Positions 29,425 to 35,878 of a DNA stretch of 64,000 bases are shown here, piece by piece. A program made the translations under genes and the position numbers. Location of the stretch: NCBI GenBank assembly GCA_963721795.1, contig CAVRLT010000014.1, forward strand, positions 23,972 through 87,971, written 5' to 3'. Origin of the DNA: an uncultured Actinomycetes bacterium. Its GTDB lineage: Bacteria; Actinomycetota; Thermoleophilia; Gaiellales; Gaiellaceae. Within the stretch, counting starts at the first letter, position 1, and the number at the start of each line of letters is the position of its first letter. Under the pieces are notes generated by a model. The model had not been told where the DNA came from and ran no database searches. It saw only the letters and a list, made by a program, of their open reading frames with translations.

Positions 29425-30343
29425 TTACTGACGGGTTAGCGCGGCAGGCGGGCGCCAGAGGGCGTACGCAACCGCGACGCTAAGAGCCCAGATCGCGGCT
29501 GCGAGGAAGACGTGCACGAGGACGAGCCCCCACGGGAAGCGCCGTTCGGTACTGCACTTCTCCGAGGATCGCCTGTGCGACGAGCACGGCCAGGAGCGCG
29601 CCCCAGAGCCGTAGCAAGCCCGGATACCGGTCGCGCATGCGGACGAGGAACCAACCGATGAAGAGCACGCCCAACCCGAACGCCGCGGCCACCCTGACGT
29701 GCACGTACACGGTGTCGACGATCTCGAGGCCGAGTCGCTTCACGTCCTCGTCCGCTCCAGGATGCGGGCCTGACGCGGTCGCGACCGCGCCCGTGACGAC
29801 CAGCGCAGCGCAGGCCGGGATGCCGGCCCAGGTGACGAGGTGCCGAAACCAGCCAGGCCCGGCCGGGGACGCCAGCCCGCCGTCGTGGCTCCACGCCTCG
29901 AGCGCGACCACGACCGTGAGCGCGAGCACCGCCAGCGCGAGGAGGAAGTGCGTCATCACCGCGAGCGGGTGCAGGTCGAGCGCGATCGTGACCGCGCCCA
30001 TCGGGATCTGCGCCACGGTAAGCAGGAACGCCGCAAGCGCTGCGAGTCTCACTCCGCGCGGAAGGCCGACGACCCGGCGCGCGCCGAGCCACGTGACGAG
30101 CGTCAGCGCCAGGCCGACGAGGGCGACGATGCGGTTCCCGAACTCGACGAACGCGTGGAATCCCTGCTCCGGGTAGGGCTTGTCGCCGCACTGCGGCCAG
30201 TTGTCGCACCCGAGACCGGATCCGGTCAGCCGTACGAAGGCACCCGAGGTGATCACGAGGAAGAGGGCCGCGCAGGAGGCGAGCGAAAGCCGCAGGAACC
30301 CACCCGGCGAGAGCGTGCGGACGCGTGCGACCGCGGTGACCAC
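29425..30343 (-). pseudogene. ctaA: Heme A synthase (COX15/CtaA family), frame disrupted near 29535
   Basis: Motifs: FVRLTGSGLGCDNWPQCG and HFLLALAVLAL. The last TM helix (LPWGLVLVHVFLAAAIWALSVAVAYALWRPPAALTRQ-stop at 29425) is recovered by removing one C. An SD (GGAGAG) lies 7 nt before GTG 30343. Confidence 0.82.
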
Positions 30344-30368
30344 TAGTGGTCTCTCCGGGGAGCGACCA

Positions 30369-31392
30369 CTAGTCGAGCACGACTCCGGCGCCCGCCTCGA
30401 CCGATCCGATTCGCGTAAGGCTGAGCCCCGCTGTCTCGAACGTGGCTTCGAGCGACCATGCTTCGCTCCACGGGCAGCGAGACGAGCAGGCCACCCGCGG
30501 TCTGCGGGTCGTACGCGAGCGCCTCGAGCGTTGCGTCGGTGTGGCTGTCCACGTGCGCTTCGGCGTAGTCGCGGTTGCGGCGATCGCCCCCGGTCCGAAC
30601 GCCCTGCTCCGCGAGCTCGAGCGCCGAGGGCAGCAACGGCAGCGCGTCCGCCTCGATCACCGCGCGCACCCCACTCCGCTCGGCGAGCTCGTGGGCGTGA
30701 CCGAGCAGCCCGAAGCCGGTGACGTCCGTCACGGCGTTGGGCGTGAACGGCCGAAGTGCGTCGGCCGCGCCGCGGTTCAGCTCGAGCATCGACGCGATCG
30801 CCGCATCGAGGGCGCCCGCAGGCGCGATCCCGTCGCGCTCGGCCTGAAGGACGATCCCGGTGCCGAGCGACTTGGTGAGGAAGAGCGCGTCTCCAGGTCG
30901 AGCGCCGGCCTTCGGCCAGATTGCGTCGGGATGGACGGTGCCGATGACCGCGAGGCCGTACTTCGGCTCCGTGTCACGGATCGTGTGCCCACCGGCCAGG
31001 ATCGCGCCCGCCGCCCGCACGCGCTCGTCCGCGCCGGCGAGAACGTCGCCTAGCACCTCGACCGGCAGCTCTTCCGGAAACGCGGCGATGGAGAGCGCGA
31101 GCAACGGCACTCCACCCATCGCGAACACGTCGTTCAGCGCATTCGTGGCCGCTATCGCACCGAACGTGCGCGGGTCGTCGACCAGGGGCGGGAAGAAGTC
31201 GACCGTGAACACGAGCGCACGCTCGTCGTCGAGGCGATACACGGCTGCGTCGTCCGCCGGATCGAGCCCGACGAGCAGGTCCTCGGCCTCCGCCGGAACG
31301 AGCCCCGAAAGCAGCGTCTCGAGGCGTGCGGCCGAGTACTTCGCGGCGCAGCCACCTGCGCGGGCCAGGGAGGTGAGCGGAACTGTCTTCAC
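30369..31392 (-). pseudogene. selD: Selenide, water dikinase (selenophosphate synthetase SelD), Cys-type; frame disrupted near 30450
   Basis: The protein starts at GTG 31392: VKTVPLTSLARAGGCAAKYS, where the Cys aligns with E. coli Cys17 and the Lys with Lys20. Further motifs are DDAAVY, FGAIAATNALNDVFAMGG, AGGHTI, FLTKSLGTG, TDVTGFGLLGH and DPQTAGGLL. The corrected tail is EATFETAGLSLTRIGSVEAGAGVVLD-stop at 30369. Confidence 0.85.
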
Positions 31393-31480
31393 GCGAAGGA
31401 GTCTAGGTCGGGAGGAGAGCGCCCCGGAGCGCCGAAACTCGCAACCGGAGAAAAGACCCTTTCTCCTCTCCCCCTGAGAA

Positions 31481-31512
31481 CAAGCGGCCGCCGCCCCCTC
31501 GGCGGCCGCTTG
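31481..31512. other. Perfect 13-bp GC hairpin CAAGCGGCCGCCG-CCCCCT-CGGCGGCCGCTTG in a divergent intergenic region
   Basis: Read directly from the sequence. It lies between the selD start (31392, minus) and the SDR start (31532, plus), so it is not at a gene 3' end. Confidence 0.6.
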
Positions 31513-31531
31513 TGTGGGAGACTCGTTCGCG

Positions 31532-32212
31532 ATGAAGTCGGCGCTCGTCACGGGCGGCTCCACGGGCATCGGTCTCGAAATCGCGCGCATGCTGCGCGAG
31601 GAAGGACACGAGCTCACGCTCGTCGCCCGTCGTCCCGAGCCACTCGAGGAGGCGGCCAACGAGCTGGGTGCGCTCGCGGTTCCGGCGAATCTCGCGGACG
31701 CGGACGAGTGCGCTCGAGTCGTGGCCGAGCACGCGGAGCGCTACGGCGGCATGGACGTGCTCGTCAACTCCGCCGGTATCGGCATCGGCGGCTCGTTCGG
31801 AGAGCAACAGACGAAGGCGTTCTCCCTCCAGCTCGACGTGAATCTGCGCGCGACCATGGTCGTGACCCGCGAGGCGCTGCCGCTGCTCAGGGAGTCGAAC
31901 GGCCAGATCGTCACCCTCGCCTCCATCGCCGGGACGATTCCGACGCCCGGCCTCGCTGTCTACGGCGCGACGAAGGCAGCGCTCATCGCGCTCACGAACT
32001 CGTTGAACCGCGAGGAAGCGGACAACGGAGTGCGCGCGACCGCGATCTGCCCGGCCTTCGTCGCGACCAAGATGACCGACTGGACCGGCCTCCCCGGCGA
32101 AGAGATGATCCAGGTCGAGGACGTCGCCGAGCTCGTGCGCACGGTGCTCAAGCTCAGCCCGCGTGCGCGCGTGCCGCAGATCGTCATCGAACGGGTCGGG
32201 GACGCTGTGTGA
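31532..32212 (+). CDS. Short-chain dehydrogenase/reductase (SDR)
   Basis: Motifs: ALVTGGSTGIGLEIA, NSAGIG and YGATKAAL (catalytic YxxxK). ATG 31532 has a GGGAG sequence 11 nt upstream. The ORF track begins at GTG 31514. Confidence 0.88.
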   Translation: MKSALVTGGSTGIGLEIARMLREEGHELTLVARRPEPLEEAANELGALAVPANLADADECARVVAEHAERYGGMDVLVNSAGIGIGGSFGEQQTKAFSLQLDVNLRATMVVTREALPLLRESNGQIVTLASIAGTIPTPGLAVYGATKAALIALTNSLNREEADNGVRATAICPAFVATKMTDWTGLPGEEMIQVEDVAELVRTVLKLSPRARVPQIVIERVGDAV

Positions 32213-32218
32213 GGGAAG

Positions 32219-32319
32219 GGGGTCTGGCTGAAGCCAGACCCCAGGACTCAAGGCGAGCGGTCTGGCATGAGCCAGACCCCGCCTGAACGAAGCGAGGGGT
32301 CTGGCTTTAGCCAGACCCC
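32219..32319. repeat. Tandem array of three REP-like elements (32219-32242, 32257-32280, 32296-32319)
   Basis: The copies are GGGGTCTGGC-TGAA-GCCAGACCCC, GCGGTCTGGC-ATGA-GCCAGACCCC and GGGGTCTGGC-TTTA-GCCAGACCCC, separated by 14 and 15 nt. The array lies between convergent genes. The loop of the third copy supplies the TAA stop of the gene at 32307. Confidence 0.92.
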
Positions 32320-33230
32320 GGTTCGACGACCGCGCTCACCGCTTCCTCCAGCTCCCGCACGGACACCGCGCCTTCGAACCGCTCGATGATCTTCCCGTCG
32401 CGCCCGACGAGGAAGGTCCACGGCTCCGTCTCGAGGCCCCACTCCCGCACCCACTTGTTGAACCCCTTCGCAGGATCGTTGCCCTCGTAGACCTCGACGT
32501 GGATGAACCGGACAGGCTTCCCCTCGAAACGGCTCGCGGTCTCCTCGAGGACGTCCACCACGGGCCCGCACGTCCGGCTCGTGCAGAACTTCGGCGTCGA
32601 GAACGTGACGACAAAGGGGAGCTTCGCGCGCAGCGAGTCGGCGATCGAGTGCCGGAGGAGGCTCGTGTCCGGCGGCGTCCTCGTCGTCAGCTTCGAGAAG
32701 TCGCCTCCGGCCGATGCGAGCGTCGGCGTCTCGGAGGGAGGCGCAGGATCTCCCGGGCTCGGCGTACTGTCGTTTCCCGACACCACGACGTTCCCGAGCG
32801 CTTGCACCGGCTTCCCGCTTTCCGGCTCGGCGAGCAGCCAGTACGTGCCGGTCTCCGGCAGCCGGAGGTGCGCGACGTAGATGTGCGTGGCGTCGGCCTC
32901 GGCTCCTCCGGGAACACCGATGCGCTCGAGCTTCGCCTTCGACTCGAGGAACGGTGGGGCTTCGAGTGCCCGCGCGACCCAAACGCGCGCCGTCGGGAGC
33001 AGCGAGACGCGTCCCTGGCCGTCGACGACGAGGAAGGAGACGCGAACGTCACCGGGCTCGTGGCTCTGTGTGCCTGCGATCACAGCGACGTCGTCGCCCG
33101 GCGCGCGCCAGAGCTGCTCGAGCGTCTTGCCGTCGCCGGGAGCCCCCGCCGTCTCCGGGTCGTCGTCGGACCCACCACATCCGATCGGGAAGAGACACGC
33201 CGCCGCGAGCAGTGCTATCGCAGGGCGCAT
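32307..33230 (-). CDS. Lipoprotein with C-terminal thioredoxin-fold (TlpA/SCO-like) domain
   Basis: The 307-aa ORF has a lipobox (ACLFPIGCGG). The C-terminal region is FVVTFSTPKFCTSRTCGPVVDVL...FIHVEVY...WTFLVGRDGKIIERFEG, typical of redoxin/SCO-type proteins. Confidence 0.72.
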   Translation of the reverse strand: MRPAIALLAAACLFPIGCGGSDDDPETAGAPGDGKTLEQLWRAPGDDVAVIAGTQSHEPGDVRVSFLVVDGQGRVSLLPTARVWVARALEAPPFLESKAKLERIGVPGGAEADATHIYVAHLRLPETGTYWLLAEPESGKPVQALGNVVVSGNDSTPSPGDPAPPSETPTLASAGGDFSKLTTRTPPDTSLLRHSIADSLRAKLPFVVTFSTPKFCTSRTCGPVVDVLEETASRFEGKPVRFIHVEVYEGNDPAKGFNKWVREWGLETEPWTFLVGRDGKIIERFEGAVSVRELEEAVSAVVEPGSG

Positions 33231-33278
33231 ACGCGTCCAGTGTAGACACGTGATCCCACTGGACCTGCCGAGGCGAGT

Positions 33279-33304
33279 GCCGGGCCGGTGAGCGCCGGCC
33301 CGGC
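33279..33304 (-). terminator. Hairpin GCCGGGCCGG-N6-CCGGCCCGGC about 20 nt downstream of the small ORF
   Basis: A perfect 10-bp GC stem read from the sequence. It lies between the sORF stop (33323) and the next gene start (33230). Confidence 0.45.
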
Positions 33305-33322
33305 CGCAGTCTCAGAAGTGAC

Positions 33323-33418
33323 TCAGTGGCCGTCAGGCCACGACATGGGGGCGTGGTTGCCCATCCATGCCGCGAGCAGAGCCAGGTTGACGAGAAGAAG
33401 GATCAGCTTCGGCTTCAT
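33323..33418 (-). CDS. 31-aa hydrophobic pre-peptide / small membrane protein (MKPKLILLLVNLALLAAWMGNHAPMSWPDGH), candidate signalling-peptide precursor
   Basis: ATG 33418 lies 14 nt after the regulator stop, and the SD (GGAGAGGAGG) overlaps that stop. The peptide has a Lys-rich n-region, a 14-residue hydrophobic core and a polar 13-residue tail. Third codon positions are mostly G/C, as in real genes here. A hairpin follows. The ORF track embeds it in a longer 70-aa ORF (33323..33535) whose N-terminal part overlaps the regulator. Confidence 0.55.
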   Translation of the reverse strand: MKPKLILLLVNLALLAAWMGNHAPMSWPDGH

Positions 33419-33432
33419 GGCGACCTCCTCTC

Positions 33433-34764
33433 CTAGAAGCGGATTTCCTGGAGCGCCTCGGCGGCGTTCCGGTACAGGCGTGCCGACTCGCGGTCGTCTC
33501 CACGACGAGCCGCGAGATCTCCCAGTGCAACCCACGCCTCTGCCCGGTGGCTGACCGACGCCAGCTGCTCTGCAGCCTCATCAGCCTTCCGGAAGCAGTC
33601 TCCCGCCTCATCGAGGCGCCCGCGCTCCATCAACGCTCGCCCAAGTACGAGCTGTGACGGGCAGACCTCGTGGAGGTAGTCCTCCCGACCTTCCAGGAGA
33701 GCGAGCCCCTTGCGAGCGAGCTCGTCCGCCTGGTCGTACTCGCCGCGGTTCAGATGAACCCTGGCGAGACCCTGGAGCGCCTGCGCGGCGTCCGGGGGCG
33801 AATCGCTCTCCAGCGCCTGGGAAAACGACGCCTTCAAGTGCTCGACGGCCTGATCCTCGTCTCCCAGAAGAAGCGTCAGACCACCGAGTGCGAGTAGGAG
33901 CCGGCCGACGTTGCGCTCGTCATTCAGCTCCTGGTAAAGATCTTTGGCACGCTGCGCGTAGCTGCGTGACAGGACCCAGTGGCCCTGACGCTGCGCGATG
34001 AGCGACGCTTGGAAGTAGGTGTTCGCAATCGCGCGCCGATCGCCCAGGTCCTGCGCGAGCTCGAGCGCGCGCTCGACGTCCTCGTGGGCCGCGACATAGT
34101 CTCGCTGCAGCCGGTGACATCGCGAGCGCCAGCCCAGGATGTCGGCGCGAAGTAGATCGCACGGCAGGCCGGACTGCTCCGCGAGCGCGAGCGCCTCGTC
34201 GAACAGCGCAACCGCCGTTCCGACGCTCGACAGCTTGTATCGGCAGACCCCGATGCGAAAGAGCACGTCCGCACGGTCGACATCGGAGAACTGCAGGCCC
34301 TCGGCAACGTCCCGCGCCTGCTGGAGGAGCTCGAGCGCGGGATTGATGTCACCGCTCTGCTGGAGCGCCCAGGCCGCGCCGGAGAGTGCGCGGAGCTCGA
34401 ACGCCGGGGCCCACGTTCCCGCGGACCGGGCATCCGTGAACGCCTCGATCGCCTCGGAGTACTGATGCGACTCCGAGAGCGCTTCCGCGCGGGCCAGCAA
34501 CGCCTCGACCTTCGTGCGGTCCTCGATCGAGACTCCGATCGAGAGGAATCCCTGGTCGACGCCGAGCCGTTCTGCGAGCCAGGCGACCGTCGCCTCGGTC
34601 GGCCGGGTCTTGCCCCGCTCGATCTGGCTGATGTACTCCTTCGAGACGCGTCCGCCGGCGAGCTCGACCTGCGTCATTCCCGCAGCGACGCGGAGCGCGC
34701 GCACGCGCTCGCCCAGGCGTGCTCCGCCTGCGGGCGTCGGGGTCGTCGTTTTCGTTTCGCTCAT
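33433..34764 (-). CDS. XRE-family HTH transcriptional regulator with large TPR-like C-terminal domain (RRNPP/Rgg-like architecture)
   Basis: This is an intact 443-aa ORF. The N-terminal HTH is LRVAAGMTQVELAGGRVSKEYISQIERGKTRPTEATVAWLAERLGV. The remaining ~370 aa are helical repeats rich in A/L/E/R with repeated ...A..L...G....A......A... TPR-like periodicity. Confidence 0.85.
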   Translation of the reverse strand: MSETKTTTPTPAGGARLGERVRALRVAAGMTQVELAGGRVSKEYISQIERGKTRPTEATVAWLAERLGVDQGFLSIGVSIEDRTKVEALLARAEALSESHQYSEAIEAFTDARSAGTWAPAFELRALSGAAWALQQSGDINPALELLQQARDVAEGLQFSDVDRADVLFRIGVCRYKLSSVGTAVALFDEALALAEQSGLPCDLLRADILGWRSRCHRLQRDYVAAHEDVERALELAQDLGDRRAIANTYFQASLIAQRQGHWVLSRSYAQRAKDLYQELNDERNVGRLLLALGGLTLLLGDEDQAVEHLKASFSQALESDSPPDAAQALQGLARVHLNRGEYDQADELARKGLALLEGREDYLHEVCPSQLVLGRALMERGRLDEAGDCFRKADEAAEQLASVSHRAEAWVALGDLAARRGDDRESARLYRNAAEALQEIRF

Positions 34765-34851
34765 TCCGTGTCGCCCATGCTCACCGGAGTGAACCTGCGA
34801 TGCGGGCGGTGCGCTCTCCCCCGAGTAGGGGATGTGCGCCTACCGCACCTG

Positions 34852-34895
34852 GGTCAAGTAAGAGTATCCGAAATCACTTGACCGGGCTACTTGAC
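34852..34895. promoter_or_regulatory. Candidate operator: GGTCAAGT-N16-ACTTGACC inverted repeat plus a third ACTTGAC half-site
   Basis: A perfect 8-bp inverted repeat (34852-34859 and 34876-34883) sits in a locally AT-richer divergent region. A third half-site (34889-34895) overlaps the -35 of the plus-strand promoter. Confidence 0.45.
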
Positions 34896-34919
34896 TTTTC
34901 TGGACACGCCTCCTATAGT
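34891..34919 (+). promoter_or_regulatory. Sigma-70-type promoter TTGACT-17 nt-TATAGT
   Basis: The -35 is at 34891-34896 and the -10 at 34914-34919, with exactly 17 nt between them. This is the closest match to consensus that I found in the window. Confidence 0.55.
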
Positions 34920-34925
34920 CAGGCC

Positions 34926-35102
34926 CACACCGCACCGATCGGACGCCAGATCGGATGCGCGGGCGCCACCGCCGGATCCGTCGACGGGCGCAGGAAGAGC
35001 GTGGCTGGGCCGCAGAGCCACGATTCTCCGGCCTCTCGACCCGGGAAGGGGTCGCCTCGAACGGAGAACGCCCCCGGAGCCGCAGCCGGGGGCTTTCTCG
35101 TT
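34926..35102 (+). ncRNA. Candidate small RNA (~180 nt) of unknown family
   Basis: The region starts about 7 nt after the -10 element and has no credible ORF. Internal stem-loops lie at 34935-34954 (CCGATC/GATCGG) and 35001-35021 (GTGGCT/AGCCAC). It ends in CCCCCGG-N8-CCGGGGG followed by CTTTCTCGTT (35071-35102). The boundaries are inferred, not measured. Confidence 0.4.
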
Positions 35103-35103
35103 C

Positions 35104-35130
35104 GTGGGGGAAACCTGCGGTTTCCCCCAC
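35104..35130. other. 12-bp hairpin GTGGGGGAAACC-TGC-GGTTTCCCCCAC
   Basis: A perfect inverted repeat directly after the putative sRNA terminator. It may act as a second or bidirectional terminator between the convergent transcription units. Confidence 0.4.
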
Positions 35131-35248
35131 GAGCCCCCTTCCCTTCGCGCCGGGTCAAGGCAGCGTTGCTCGAGGCCTGCGGGCGAATGAATCGCCCTCC
35201 GGCCTTCGGACGCGACGCCGACTCAGTCGTTTCTCCGGCTGGTCGTAG

Positions 35249-35268
35249 GGGCGAGACTTGCCTCGCCC
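35249..35268 (-). terminator. Hairpin GGGCGAG-N6-CTCGCCC 10 nt downstream of the TetR gene stop
   Basis: A 7-bp stem read from the sequence, with no clear T-tract. Confidence 0.35.
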
Positions 35269-35278
35269 TGGTCTCGAA

Positions 35279-35878
35279 TCAGCTCTTGCCGGTCAGCCAG
35301 CGCAGGCGCTCGGTCTTGATCGCCTCGAAGTCCTCCGGGCGGAGGGGGCCGCCCAGGCGATCTGCGACCGAGACGAGGAGGCTGCCGGCGACGAAGATCC
35401 ACGCCTCGGTGTCGGCATCGCGCTCGGGGTGGATTCCGCCCTCTCGCTGCACGCTGCGAAGCACCTCGGCGAAGAAGTCGTGCACCTCACGCATGTGACC
35501 GCGCACGTGCCGACGGATCTCCGGGTCCTCCCCGGCCTCCGTAATCGCCTGCATCCAGAGGCTCGGCAGCGTCACCTTCATCTCCCGCATCGTCGCCGGC
35601 CCGATGGCGCGCCAGCCTTCCTCCGGGCCCAGCGCGTCCATCCTCTCCTCGATCCGGGCTCGGATTCGCGACCACGCCTCGTCGAGGCACGCAAAGTAGA
35701 GCTCCCGCTTCGAGGCAAAGTGGCGATAGAGGATCGGCTCGGAGACACCTGCCTCGCGGGCGATCTGCGCAGTCGTCGCTCCGGCGTAGCTCCCCTCCGA
35801 GAAGACCCGTAGGGCTGCATCCACGATCGCGCGCCGGCGTTCGGCCGCGGGGAGCCGGGTGCTCGGCGAGGCGGTCAT
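35279..35878 (-). CDS. TetR/AcrR-family transcriptional regulator
   Basis: The 199-aa ORF has an N-terminal HTH (RRRAIVDAALRVFSEGSYAGATTAQIAREAGVSEPILYRHFASKRELY). Its start overlaps the upstream MFS stop (ATGA). Confidence 0.88.
   Translation of the reverse strand: MTASPSTRLPAAERRRAIVDAALRVFSEGSYAGATTAQIAREAGVSEPILYRHFASKRELYFACLDEAWSRIRARIEERMDALGPEEGWRAIGPATMREMKVTLPSLWMQAITEAGEDPEIRRHVRGHMREVHDFFAEVLRSVQREGGIHPERDADTEAWIFVAGSLLVSVADRLGGPLRPEDFEAIKTERLRWLTGKS

Noticed and set aside
26058-29483. 1141-aa ORF on the plus strand, the longest in the ORF track after the STAND gene
   Set aside because: The translation is extremely Arg/Gly/Pro/Ala-rich with no motifs. It overlaps the well-supported helicase out of frame and then runs antisense to the PAC2 gene. 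This is a typical stop-poor alternative frame of GC-rich DNA.
30369-31392. Selenocysteine recoding (in-frame TGA) somewhere in the window, prompted by selD
   Set aside because: Every interrupted conserved gene I examined is explained by a frame shift rather than an in-frame TGA at a conserved Cys/Sec position. SelD itself has Cys at the catalytic position.
32219-32319. Possible mini-CRISPR array (three 24-nt repeats with 14-15-nt spacers)
   Set aside because: The repeats are perfect hairpins identical to dispersed single copies elsewhere. The spacers are far too short, there are only three units, and there are no cas genes. I interpret this as a REP/BIME-like cluster.
34926-35102. Identity of the putative sRNA as SRP RNA, 6S RNA, tmRNA, RNase P RNA or a riboswitch
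   Set aside because: I could not find the SRP domain IV motif (GGAA tetraloop flanked by AGCA-type loops), the tmRNA tag or tRNA-like end, the RNase P GAGGAAAGUCC core, or the B12, TPP or SAM cores. There is also no downstream plus-strand gene for a riboswitch to control. The family remains unknown.
34955-35248. 97-99-aa plus-strand ORFs downstream of the consensus promoter
   Set aside because: The composition is Arg/Ser/Gly/Pro-rich and there is no SD. The ORFs run straight through two strong hairpins, so they are unlikely to be coding.
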